Source of the DNA: Catajapyx aquilonaris
Lineage: Eukaryota
NCBI GenBank assembly: GCA_000934665.2
Contig: KZ538462.1
Location: 1 to 64,000, forward strand
Direction: 5' to 3'
DNA length: 64,000 nt
Below the pieces are notes generated by a model that saw nothing but the letters and a program-made list of their open reading frames with translations, made no database searches and had not been told where the DNA came from. The position numbers and the translations under genes were made by a program. Below are positions 25,101 to 38,736 of this stretch, in pieces (the first letter of the stretch is position 1; every line of letters starts with the position of its first letter).

Positions 25101-28100
25101 TGATGTGTACTGTCACCGAAGCGCTACTTGACTTCCGGCCAGTGTCAACCAGCTCCTCAGCAATCACCGAAAATTGGAGTGCTGGAATGAAATGTATTTC
25201 ATTTTTAGAGATATAATAAATTAGGCATCATGAGGCTAGAAAAGGGGATTTATTTCTTGCACACATGTTTCAAAATGCAAGCATAGCTCTGCGACAGAAG
25301 CAATTTCAAAATGTTACTAGCAACTTTCCAAACTGTCATTACAAAATGATAATGTAGTATTGCACAAGCAGGTATAGTCCATCAGTAAGTTCCCTCTACA
25401 TGCAAAGATGAACATGAGTTATGTATGAATGAAGTCATTCTATATGTAAACAAGAGAAAACTCCATAGTTAGCATTAACTCACGTTCGTGCAACTGGGCC
25501 CTTAGTAACTTATGTCTTATCCATTACTTTTAAAATGTCCTTAATTTTTTATTGCTGGTAAGGAGAAAAATTAAGAACACTCACCTTTGAATCTCTCATA
25601 ATCAAGCTGCGATGGATCCTTGACTCGTATCAGAAACGAGACCTCGTTTACACCCTGGTTTGGAGTCACTTCAAAGACTCCTCCATCACCAGTCAGGTAC
25701 AATCGAAAAGTGCCATTTTTCCCCTGTGAAATTAATTTTGGTCAAAATGTGAAAATTACGAGTATATCTCCTACCATGCACTGACATATTAAAATCATAA
25801 CAACTACGATAAAGTGTTAAAGTTTTAAAAGTTTATCACTGAAATCACTGAATCACTTTCAACAGAGTAAATCTGAATTATCTTATCTTATAAGAACAGG
25901 CCATTTAAGAAGTAACTTCACAAATGCAAAAAGCCACAAGAACAGGTTGTGTCAAGCATAAATACATTCAATATAATAAAGTATGTCATACTTGGTCATG
26001 ATCAAACACTTCCGGTATGGCTCCTCCTAGGAATGTGAGTGGGACATTAAGCTGCGCGTTCTCATTAATTTGTGCCTCATACGCCAGGCTTCGAAAGGTG
26101 GGCACCTCATCATTAACATCCATCAGGATTATGGTCACCTCCGTAGTGGCAGATGGGGCTGGGACTTCACGGGTTTGCTCAACAGCCTGATGAAAAATAT
26201 ATTTCAATGAATATCGATTCAATAAACCCAATTCCTGTACGTAATCAGGTCATAACTTTTGGGGCAACATCAAAATCTATGATTGGCATGGATCCTTGTG
26301 TACATAAATAATGGGAATCATGTTAAGCAACAAAGTTGCTGAGTGACAGCCTATTGTAGCCCTTTTCATATTGATGCCGAGCATAATCACCAACTGACCT
26401 TGATTTCCAGAATGTAAGCACCGCTGTTAGAGGTGATGCTCTCCCTGTCCAGCTTGTCCTTGGAATACACTACTCCTGATCTGGGGTCAATTGCAAACAG
26501 TCCTCGTGCCCCTTCTGTTATGGATAAGGTCACATTGTTGTTCACCCCTCTGTCACCATCTACTGCTTGTACTGAAATATAAGCAGACACACATTCAAAT
26601 GTCATATTTAAGAATTTTCATAACATATTTTGTAATATTTCAAGCCAGTAAATTGAATGTACAAAGTTGAATCAGAGATGGTTCCATCACCAAAATTAAG
26701 CAACTCACAATTAAATTGGACAAGGTGGACATAGTGTGATAATAATTTCCCATAGCACATCAAAGAATTATTTTCTTTAATCATACCTTGAAGAATTGGT
26801 GATCCAATAGGTATATTTTCAGGCACACGAGTAACAGATGGAACTACAATAAATTCAGGTGGTTGATCCTCCTCATCCTCCACTTTTACCAAAATTGCTG
26901 CCGTGGCTGTGTTGACCTAAATGACATGATGAAACATATTTACATGTTAAATCCAGTACATTAAGTGCATAGGATATCTATGATGAAACTGCCAAGAAAA
27001 GAAAGATGTAAGCTTCCCATATTGTGCAGGTGTGTTAACATTAACAATGTCACAACGTACTCTTCCGGTGTTGGCTCTGTCGACAGCTAGGACCCTCAAC
27101 TGATAGACCCTCTGTCGCTCGTAGTCCAACTCCTTCAGCAATCTGATGACTCCTTTGCCCTGGACTGTACTGATTGCAAACGTCCCACGCTCCCCTTCTG
27201 CCTCCTGGAGCTTATACACCACCTTGTGAAAGTTACGATTAAAAATATCAGTACAAGCATATACATGTTACACTGGTCACATGAACGATGAAACATAATG
27301 ACATTTCCCTTAGCATGGGTCAGTGATGACTTTCTTACCTGGCCGTAAGGCCCTTCATCCCTGTCCATGGCTTCCACAGTGGTTAAAACTGTTGGAGGTG
27401 TATTTTCCCTGACTGTTATGGTGGCTTGAAATGGTCTAAACACGGGCTCATTGTCATTGACATCTTCCACAAGAAGGAGCAGGCTCTGGGTCACATAGAC
27501 ACCATCACCCAAGCGTCCATCAGTCAAAGTCAATATTACTTGAAAAGCATCTTGCTCCTGGAAAAGATCATTTGTGTTGATGTAGGATGAATGATTAAAA
27601 AAAAGCAGTCCTCTGATGCACTATGACAAATTATTGCCACTCTAAACAAGTTGCATGGGAAGTATAGGAAAGGTCATGAGAATGACGACTTGGACTGGAT
27701 TAGGTAAGATGCAGATAGGAACGAGACATGCCTGGGAAAGATGTCAGGGCACAAGTGAGACAGGTTAAGATTATGGGGATGGGAAGGAATATAGGTAATC
27801 CCTTCATTACACATTGACCTAATGGAAAATACCCCCAAGCTAAAAGTATCATTAGCACATCTGAACAGGATGTGTCGGGACGTGTCAAGTGTGCCATATC
27901 TTGATCTGTTGTAACAAGTATTCAGTAACTCATCACATTTTCATCAACCATGAACAAATGTGACCATTGACCTTGATCAGAGGCTTAACGTGGTCAATTA
28001 CAATAGCTCCTGTGTGATTATTACTCACTACTCCTCCTCTTAATTGCTGTGTGAATTTTAACATGCACAAGGCATCTTGATCAAGTGATATAAACGTCCT

Positions 28101-28902
28101 ACTTCTCTTTCTCTCTGATGTGAGATCAGACGGATCTGATACTAACTACAACAGCAGCAAAACCTGCCTACAGTCTCTTCGCAAAGGATTTCCTCCAGAA
28201 TCCCTTTTTGCTACTACCTTCCAAGATTATTTTGTGCAAGTTGTTGCTTTTTCACCTTAAGTCTTTAGGTAGACTTAATTGCATTTAAAACACCTTGACA
28301 ACTTACTTCTCTATCCAACTCCTTGGCCAGGTACACATCAGCTTCGTTAGTCCCCAAGTTCTCAATCCTGAGGATATCACTTCCGGGCTCCTTCACCCCG
28401 AAAATCAACGGATCCCCATCTGGATCATGGCCTTTGAGTCGATACAGATGACTTCCTGCAGAAAATCACGGGAAGGTTAGAAACCCAATAAAGAGTGACA
28501 GTACTGTTACCCATAACCGCGGTCAACACCCCCCCAGCAACCAGTGTAAAGAGAACTTCTTTCCTTCACACTGATTGCTGAGATGAACAGTCAACAACAT
28601 GACGTACCAACAGGAGTTTCAGGACCTTCCTTCAACCGAAGCACAATCTCACTCTGGTCCTTCAGCACAAAAAATGGCGGCTGGTTGGCACTGGCGCCCT
28701 CCAGGAAGGTACAGCAGGTGCATATCAGCACCATCAGGACATGCCATCTCCTCCACCTCCACCATCGTCGGCGGCAGGTACTCACAGGCGACGTCGCTTT
28801 CCACCGACTGTAGGTCCGGTGCATCGACTCCTCGGCATACCATGATTCGTGCTGATTGTTCAGTCTGTCCTCTCGACGGTGCTTCTTCTTGCACGGTGAC
28901 AT
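19136..28902 (-). CDS. Cad88C: Cadherin-88C / cadherin-23-like non-classical cadherin, about 1940 aa
   Basis: 23 phase-consistent exons: 28608-28902, 28307-28455, 27339-27557, 27061-27222, 26787-26916, 26399-26571, 25992-26186, 25585-25723, 24926-25181, 24570-24844, 23649-24333, 23359-23573, 22738-23160, 22553-22641, 22320-22477, 21770-22175, 21237-21558, 20766-21169, 20500-20685, 20180-20316, 19577-20104, 19344-19466, 19136-19283 (5817 nt). Many LDRE/DxNDNxP cadherin motifs, one TM, cytoplasmic PNTNIHSVEGSNPIW and C-terminal ETTEL. The start codon is uncertain. Confidence 0.88.
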
Positions 28903-31900
28903 CCTCCTAGTCTCACGTGACTGACTGCAATGACGATCTCATTCTGGCGTCCTGAAATAGTGACACTGTCAATTGAAGACCGACTGGCTCTCGTTTGAAA
29001 GCAGACAAGAAAGTGACCGCAAGATATTTCTGGTGGCAGTGAACTCTCTGGATATGGTTCTGATGTGCTAACAAGGATACCAATCAGGGCAGGACAAATG
29101 GAACCCACAATACATTGAATCCGCTTGAGCAATGAACAGTACTCAATGTGTCTTCACAATGTGGTCTAGTATAATTTTTACAACTATTTAAAAACCTCCA
29201 CTAGTAGTAAGGATCATCAAAGATTTCTACTGTTAACTGTAGGCAACAAACCTAGATTTACAGTCGATATTTACTATGGATGTGAACCATGACCGATTGT
29301 TCTCATCCGGGTTAACCTTTTCCCAACAGCAATCCATGAGCAATAACAAGAGGGGGAAAAAATCAGTGCAGACAATCATGACGTCTTCTTCCCATCCCCA
29401 TCACGACTTCTTCCGTGGCACATAACAACGGTGTCCTTTCTAATCCCTCCAACTCTACCATTGTGACTAGAGCAAACCGCATGGAACCATTTTTTCCTCT
29501 TCCTTTTCTTTTTTTCCCTCCCTATACGTCGTAGTATCCGCAGACTGACACAACCACGGTCATTGCCGCAGACCGTAAATTCATGTGAGAAGAACGGTAC
29601 ACAACAGACAAGCATCGTGCATAGACACGTGCTCCTCAAAATTTTCGTAAGGCCCACACCCCAATCCCCCTCCTCCCTATTATGCACATGTTTATGAACC
29701 AACATTGCATTGTCACATTTCCTGAAAAGCAGCTCAATTACCGTACCCAAAATAACACCGAACCGCGCCCGAGCATTGTACCTCACAATAATTATATAAT
29801 ATCAAGCAGTGTCCTCCATATGAGGGGCGTAGGTCTCCTCCAGGAAATTTCTTATGACCACGAATAATTTATTAATTCATAATTTATCGACGATTTTTTT
29901 TTTTTTAAACCCGATACGTGCGTCCTCATAACATCTCCCAAAAATGGTTAAGTCCAACCTTGCTGGGTCGTATTTTAGTCACGGTTGGTCGGCCTTGTTT
30001 TTCATTCCTGGCCACGTTTCTCGCAGCTTCCAAAATGACGGAGGGCCCATGACGACCCCCAGAAGCATGACCAATCTTAAATTCAGGCTTTCTGCCTGAT
30101 TGGCATTCACTAGCATGAACCACAATTTTTTTGGCCGGATATGTATTTTTTAAAAGCCGACTAAATGGCAGCATGAAGTGCGCTTTTCCATTGTCCAGTG
30201 AGCAATAAGTTAGTGAAGTTTTTTTTTTTTCGGTGAACAATACGTGTGAGAAGATGTCTACTCTGTTATCACCCATCTGGTGGGAATTCCAGATGAAGAT
30301 GAAGGAGTTTTTTTTTTTTTCAGCTTCCTGTGTGTATGGCTGGTACGTGTCGATGTAAATCCAAATTGAATTAACACCTCGAGAAAATATGGCAGTACCA
30401 CATCAATAACATTTGTTCATCAAGTTGCAAACTTTTTTTAAAAACAATTAGGAAAATGATGGTTTGTTTAACTGTAAGTTCCCAAAACACTAAGAAAATC
30501 TGCATAAAAATAGTTTATAAAGAGCAACAATAAGGGAAACTATATTACAGCATACTGTTGCGATTGTCGCGTAATTTTATTAAAAATTCTGTTACAACTG
30601 AATATTCTTTGCGCCTACTCCACGAGACCTAATTACCATGGAAAGTGTAAGTGCGTCCCAACACAAAGAGGGTTATACAAGGTGGGAAAATAATGAAACT
30701 TTCGCTTCCTTGACGTAGTTAATGTTGGAGAAGAGAATAGTAGAATGCAGAGGAAGAGGGTTCACTAGCACCTCCCAGTCATGAATGAAAAAAAAAAAAA
30801 CTACGAAAAAAAAATGAAATGGAAAGTCCATTCGAATCGCTTCGGGATGAGACTTCAATAAATAATTTTAGGTAGAAGATCACACCGCTCTGATAAGCAG
30901 GTAGGAGACCCACGTTGTCAGCTCCACTTCCTCTTAGGATATGAGATTTTGATCGAGTAGTGTGTAATTACATTTCTTACTCAAATTATATGGTTGAAAA
31001 GACAGTGTAATTGTTTAACTTCTGATTTGAAACAGATTTCATATTCGGTCTAGCGTAAAACGTACATTTCATCTCACCCAACCGGTATATCATTTGGTCA
31101 TGAATATAGCTCAAAATGAGTTACAAAAAAAAAAACACTGTCCTCATTTTACGAAAACTAATCAGGCCTGATTATGCAATGTAAGTGGAAATATGTTATT
31201 ATTTCCCCTTACTTTAAGTTGATACAACCGATCAGTAATATCACATAGATCATCTCAAGTGATTCAAACTAGAATTGAAGGCATTACCGCAGTTGAATTC
31301 TAAGAACTACCGAGTCACAGGAAATACACCGATTTCTCCGCAAATGAAGTTAAATATACCCTGAAATTTTGACCTTATTTACACATGGATGAGAAAGCCA
31401 TGTCATCCTTTACACGCTTCCGTAATTACGACTTACTTTCAAGCAGAATCGATTTTAAGCCCCCCCATTTGCTTCAATCATGAAATTCCATATTGGATTG
31501 TCAACAGACAAAATATTCAATGCAATATTTTACAAAAATTCATTCAGACACACCAATTGCAGCTGTTATCACAATTCCATGCAGCATACAACATAATAAA
31601 GTTATATAAATACTGTATAAAATACAGTCCAGAAGCACACGATACGCACGCCAGTAAAAAGAGCACTACAAAGCACGCACCATTTTTCACCCAAACTTCC
31701 TTCCTGTCTCCTGAATCCGTCACAAACCCCCCCACAAATTCCGTGTTTTTCTATTTCCTCCTTTTTTTTTCTCTCTCTCTATTTTGGAGGTGAATGATAC
31801 CTAAACGTACATGTGATGCAGGTTTTGAACCCAAAAGCTCAGGAACAAGCCAACCGGGAACAACATACTGGAGGTGGAGCCCTCAAAAAAGTCCCATTGT

Positions 31901-34900
31901 CCAGGCACCCCATCACCGGAAGTGACGTCACCTTTAACCTCCCCCCCCCCCCTTCTTCAGTGCGGCACTTTATTTTTTTTTCGTTACACCTGGCAGAGCC
32001 CGCTGAAATAACACCTGGCATACCTGTGGCCCCATCGAGGGAGAAAAGCGAGTTTACACCGTACACTGGTACAGTTTGAAAAATTAAGGAGGCACCGAAA
32101 GTAGTTTTTGGTATTTAAAAAAAGTGAAATACGGTTTTTGCACGCGAGTGGAATAAATAACTTTGCAAAAAAAAAAAAAAGTTTGCGTGCATCTCCGGAC
32201 TTAAAACTGTTCCAGTTCCGTTTAATACACGAAAAAAATAAATTATTAATGAACCTAATTGCACAACGCAATTTCATCAGTGCTTTTCACATTTTTCCAC
32301 AAAAAAAAATTGCAACCACATTATTTATTAATCTCAACCAAAATAATTATTAATGTTCCAGATTAAGGTCGGATATTCAACGAAACGACATGAACAACAT
32401 TGTAACCCACAGATTTTCGAGAGTGAAGCCTAAACAGGCGAAAGTCATGAACGACTTTCGCTCCTTTGAGCACACTTATTTAGACACAGCTTATAAACAC
32501 CTCTTCAGCATCCTCGTAAAAAATGTCTCAACCATCTGCTCTGAATGTAGAAAGCCTATGCACCTTCTCCTAGGGGGTGCTCTTCTGCTCTAGTAAACAC
32601 GGGAAGGTAGGTAAGCCATACATCTTTTTTTTGTCCATACCATTTTAACAATCCGCGGGCGCCTTTAGGGGTCTAACTGGAACGGCTCCTGTAGCGTTAC
32701 TTGTAAACAGCATATAATTTTTTGTGTTATTATTTTCGGTCCCACTGCCCATCTTGTCTGGACAATGGCCATTAGAAAATTATGAGAACCAAATCGTGCG
32801 GTGAAGAGAAATCGAATATTCTACAATTGGGCGAGGCTGTTATTTTATGAAGTTGCAAAAAAATAATGGTCGACATGAAAAACTTTCATCAACATTTAAA
32901 CTTGCCTCTTTTCAACCAAAGGCGCTGAGGGATGTTCATGAGCATGAATAACAAATTGTCATATGCCATGCGTACTTTGCATTGCAATGTGCGTGTGCAA
33001 ATTGCATATGACATGCCAAGTTACGGTGAGCATTCTGGTCTTCCCTTTTTGGTCTCCATGGCGGTAAATTTACAAAGTGCTACTAGTTAACGGCGCACAT
33101 TTACCGGCACATCCTATGTCACTAAAATGCATGAAATATATGACCAGCAATTTAACATATAATTTTTATATGACGAAATTATCATTTCACTCAATTATTG
33201 CTTCTATAATATTCCCGAATTGCTTCATATCCACTGGCATACTATCACGTCCTTTTTATCCCATTTCCATTCCTTTTCTCCCTGCGGCTTTATCTGCACT
33301 GGTAATTCCCCCGCAAGCAAATAAGTGCAATTGGAAAGCAGTTCCAATTGGCTGCCCTTCAAAAGAACCCCCCCCCCCCCCNCCCCCCCCCAATGCTCCT
33401 TTAAAGTACGGCTCAAGTGTAACGATGATGAGAAGGAATGCTACATATAGGAAGAGTCTTTTCATCATTTTTTTAGAGCCTGAAGGCTGGTGACAGACCA
33501 GTCCAAATAGGTATAATCTGTGATCCGTTCACCCAGGTAGACGATCTTTAGTTCGAGTAAATGACAAAAAAAAAAAAAGAGACAGGGGCTCACGAACTGT
33601 AGCGGAAGGTCGAGGTCATGGACCATGACATCACAGGTCTTTCGCACCATGTTAGGTGAAGTCACCTCAACAAAAAAAGGAAGCGCAGGGTTATGGTCGA
33701 AGGCAATATATACTTCACAGTAAACTACGCAATGACCAAAATTGACATGACAATGCCCAATTCATGTCACTTTCACTTATAAATCAATGTTAATAGGTTT
33801 GATTACAATGTGACCAATCTCGCACCTGTTTCGCAACCAGGAGAAATTTTGTGTACGCTTGAATTCCGGTGTCCATCAGTTAAATGACATTGATAACTTC
33901 CTCTTTTGCTGCCAGTTTTGTAATGGCAGTCGAGTTGAAGCGGTGATTTCGCTTCTAGGCCATGGTCAGCGTCCAAACTGTTATCTCAGCCTTTTGTTAG
34001 CACAACCGAGATGCTAAATGGAACGGATTCATTCGTCGGCTCCCATTTGACGAGCGTCTCTAATTGGTCAGGTGTCGACAGATACCCCATGTGAAACAAT
34101 AGGGACATGGTCAATGAGTTGGCGCAAAAAAGAGACAATCTGCAGATAAAATCATAGATAAATATGCAAATGAATAAGAATTTTGCAGGTCGCACCTGAA
34201 TTAAATCTACAGGTTATAAAATTCAGATTATGTCACAAAACAAAGGCCACTGGTGCATAGTTAAATGGCCAACCAGGACCCTATATTTATATACGTATAA
34301 AAAAAATGTTACGTCCCATCCCTGCTAATTACACTCAAAACACAAAATTCATCGCCTTCGTGCATAATGCCATCATTACTATGCGCAGCTTCTGTAACCT
34401 GCTGTCACGGTCGTCGAGTTCTAAGTCGTCGGGTTAATAAAACCAGCTTGATAAACCAGCATCACATAAGGATTCCCCCAGTGAACGACCCGGTACCCAC
34501 TGACCCTTTCCTCTCAAGAAAATCTACGCCATCACTTCTTGGTCTGGCGCCATCACAAGACGCCATGCAGCAAGACAAAGGTCGCGGACCTTCTTTTCCC
34601 CCCTTCGTCTTCTCATGTACCTATCCCGCATCTCCGGGAGATACACTTGGAAACATTTGGGTATATCGCAACAAGGCGTGGATTGCATCCCACTTTCGGC
34701 TGACCTGACCAGTGCATCGTTATTATGTCGGTCATCCAAAGCTGGTGGACAAGTGTTGACAATTTACATGGGACGGTGACTTGAGGTGATAAAATGCAAG
34801 ATGGTTCAGTGGTCCGTACTGTAAGTCATTATACAGGTCAAGGCTGTAGGTGACTAATGGTCACGGAGAGAGACTTTATTGTCGGTATGGGTATGCAACT

Positions 34901-36475
34901 ATGCATCCAGGCCAATATGATTAAAGTGAAGCAATAAAATTCAATGTCATTTTATATAGGTTTCTTACACGGTTGTATTCCTTATTTTCCATAAAAAATA
35001 GGCAAAATTGTGGGATCCGGACTTTTCGCCCCCTGCATATTGGCCCCCGTGACAATTTCGCCCCCGTGAGATTGTATCAGTTTTATTTGACTTTGATTTC
35101 TTCTGTGTAGATAGCAACATTTCAAAATTCTATAAGATGTTACAATACGTTGAGGAATTCATGCAATTATACTGTAGTACCAATTTCTCCTTGCGTCAAA
35201 ATATGCTATCAAACAGTACTTGCAAAAAAATAAGCTTTCTCCAGGTAATATCGGACGTTGTTTTCTAAACGCTTGATTAAAGTTGTACAGTACGGTGTAG
35301 TGCAATCGGTGGTAATCTGCTTACAATTACAGTTTGAAGTGTATTCATTTAGCAATGAAAGTCTCCGTTACTGTTGTTATATACTGTTCATATAATCACG
35401 GCAAGGCAATTATACATGAGGCATATAAATGTAGTTTGGCAATAACAAACTACACCAGCTTTTGCTCAAATGACCTAACTGGCAAAAAGCGCCGCAAATG
35501 CTGTCGCGTGCGACCAAACCTCAAATCATCTTTATTACAATAATAAAAACCTGACCAATCTTCTCAGCATAAAAAGTCATTCTCACATCCACACGATTCC
35601 GGTCGCTATATTTGTCTGTCAAACCCACAATTTCATGCAAAGTCAAAAATCGCGACCAATTTTAAAATTTCAGTTATAAAACTTCAGTTTTGCAATTTAG
35701 AGCCAGTTGTGCCAACACAAATTTAACCGAATCTGATCATTGCACCTAGTAGACACTTTAAAACTAGTTGATGTCATGTGCATATACATGATAATAAATG
35801 CGTGCCGCATACATGGCTTCCGTAACACCTACATTTCTCCCCCGCGAACTATTCAACCCCTTCTTTTCATACCATATATTTTTTTTTTCCAGGCCTCATC
35901 CTGTTTGCAAGCACGTGCTGCGAATGCCTGAATCTGGTCACCCCAGCATCGCTGACCTGATTCGTACAAGGGGTTGCCCCCTTAGAAGGTGGTCATCTTG
36001 CCCAACCATCAAGACATAATTCCCATGCAGACCCCGACTAGGAAGTCCCGTTTGCCCCCATAACTATTTGGTTCCGAGAGGTCACTCACTGCTCCAGGGT
36101 TTTTTCTCTATACTCTTGAGCTGAGATCCCCCGCCATGAAACCGGTTCTTTTGCCGCCTGACCAGGTGAACGAAGGAGCGTGCTGTGATACAGTAGGCAT
36201 TTTCGCGAAAGGTGTGGCCCAATCCGGTTGACTAGCAATTTAGATGCATCATCCCAAATGGATACTAGTCACACCTATCATCATGTGCTTGACGAGCAAT
36301 TACTCATGGAAAGCTATAAAACGCACGACTCCCTCAGGATAATGTGCAAAGGCTGGTCTCATCTCTAAAAACCTCTGGTACGAGTATGTTAATCCCTGCA
36401 ACAAAGTGGTATGGGTATACGACCTATGAAACTGGGATCACATAGACTACGTAAAGGATGGTGATATACGCCTAA

Positions 36476-36770
36476 TATTATTGTTTACTTAATTTTTCTG
36501 ATTTTTATTTATTTATTTATTTTATTCATTTCAGGGATTTCTGATTTTATGAGCTATTACATCATTTTATTAGTTATTTATTTCAATGGTGATTGGTTTA
36601 TTACTTATTAATTTTATCATTTAATTCGTTGTTTTATTTTATTTATTATGTTCACATATTTATTTATTTAATTCATTTTATTATGTTCACGTATTTATTT
36701 ATTTAATTCATTTTAATTAATTGCAATTATTTCCACTCATTTGATTTTGTCAGTTAATTTTTTAAATATA
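36476..36770. repeat. AT-rich (TTTA)n low-complexity tract with a ~35-bp tandem duplication
   Basis: TTTATTATGTTCAC(A/G)TATTTATTTATTTAATTCAT occurs twice in tandem (~36642-36711). Confidence 0.7.
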
Positions 36771-38441
36771 CTGTATTTCGAACTAGTTTGCTCCCACTAA
36801 TTACAATTCGGATGAAATACTGTGCACAGCAATACCGGTATGATCAGTAATCTCGGTCGTGCCACTTCTGGACATTGAAGAACAACCAGGTACCAGTATA
36901 ACAATAATTGCAAACAAGTCGGTTGCCCTCTGATGACATGAGGCATAAGTCAGTGCCCTCCCACATGTGTATTTACTTCCTCGACATGCCCTGCAAATAA
37001 TGACACATCGTGCTCATGCATCGAGAATGTGAACGAGACGAAGGCGTTATTCCAGTCCAAGAGGTGCACACCCTGACCTTCGCATCGGAATGCCGGTGTC
37101 AGGGTCGCTTCTGAGGACACCAGACTGGTCGGAAAATCCGGTACAACTCAGGTCAGGTCATAAGATTGTATCACCTACGGTACTTCAGATCCGGCAATAT
37201 AGACGTATATAAAAAAATTGCGTGTACTTTTATCCACGCTTCCTAGCAAAAACGACTCTATTTTCCTGCCAGTTGTGTTGTCAGAACAGATACTGAAGTT
37301 GTGCTCTGTGCTGTCAGGTATCGAGCAAGACAATGCAGACAGATTAATGCACTGGCATGACGGACCCCACTTTCATCTGTATTGCTGGCTCAGATAGACA
37401 GAGTTTGTCACAGTTCGATTGCTTTACAACAATGTTCTGCTATCTTTTAGTGCGTTCTATCTACTGACCACTAGCCTTTCTTCAAAAATAACTACAAAAA
37501 TATAGCTTTTCAACAGTTTTCTTTGTCAGCAGTGAAAGGACGAGCGCGCTATACTTTCATCAATTTTTCACCACGAAAGTTTGATCCACTTGTGTTAATT
37601 TGTTTTCCCGTGACCGTCATGCGAAAATCATATTCGCACCGGTACAAGTAATTTATTAAGTGTCCTAATAGACAGCAGAGGTTATTACCCCCTTGTTTAC
37701 TTCTCACATTTGACTATATGTCACCCCCAATCAAACCCAATTACCTGTTTAAAAATAGGCTTCTAATTTGCATACGACCCGCATTATTTTCCAAGTCCTT
37801 TGACACCCAGTGCAATGGCCCAACATCATCTCCATGGAGCAGGAAGCTTGGAACACTGGCTCCACATAGAGGATGTTAATGTCCTATACACTCGACACTC
37901 CCCGTACACACTCACCTGTGTCCTCCTACCTCTCATCCCTCCCTACAAATCTCGCAGGTGAATCAGGCGAAGGTCACCGCCCCAGGTGATGCATACTCAT
38001 TTGTGTCTTCTTATGTGGGAAAATTTTCGGGGAGAAATCTCCACTTCTTCGGTCTGATGATCTTAACAGCCATGCTTGCTCACTACTACTAATGATGCTC
38101 ATTTTTTAATGTGGAAGGTGGGTGGACCTTTTTTTTTGATGACTATCTCGGTTCTTAATTTAACTCAAATTGTATGAAAAAAAAATGAGGCGACACGTCG
38201 GATAATGATGGTGTAAGTGCTGGTCCTAATTATCAGGCTTAATATTTTAATGTCAGTAATTTTAATGTGCACATATGTAATTGTAGGTTATTTCGATGAC
38301 CAATTGCACAATTATGACTGTATTATGTAAAATATAAATGTGGTCATGTTGAAACTAACTGTCGTGTGCGGTATACATGATTCTGAAAAAATTTGGACAA
38401 TTCGGCTCAATATATCGTGAACCTAAAATTAATCACATTTA

Positions 38442-38736
38442 CATTGTAAAATTTTTCGAGTGCTTTCATACTCAAAGTGAGTGATTTTCAGTTTTTCACC
38501 CGGTTTGCCTTCCACTCGTTTTGAGTAAAAAGCATTATCACTCAAAATGAGTGATCATTTCTCTCATTGAAAGAGTAGCCTTACAACCTTTTTACTCTTC
38601 TTTCGAATAATTCTCCACTAGATGTGAGTTAAAGTAAATCTTTACTGAAAATTCACTCAAAAAAGCATTTTGCGAAATTGCTACTTTTTCGAGTAAAATT
38701 TTCACTCGATTTTTTTTTTTTTTTTTTTTGGCAGTT
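38442..38736. mobile_element. Possible degenerate non-autonomous DNA transposon with subterminal GAGTG/CACTC repeats
   Basis: Imperfect inverted ends CATTGTAAAATTTTTCGAGTG ... CACTCGATTT(T)nGGCAGT and many internal ACTC/GAGT motifs. No clear TSD. Confidence 0.35.

Noticed and set aside
35012..35070. Repeated GCCCCC motifs resembling a foldback/Mutator-type TIR
   Set aside because: No partner end or TSD was found.
37070..37105. Small hairpin ACCCTGAC...GTCAGGGT
   Set aside because: An 8-bp stem is compatible with chance and matches no recognisable RNA family.
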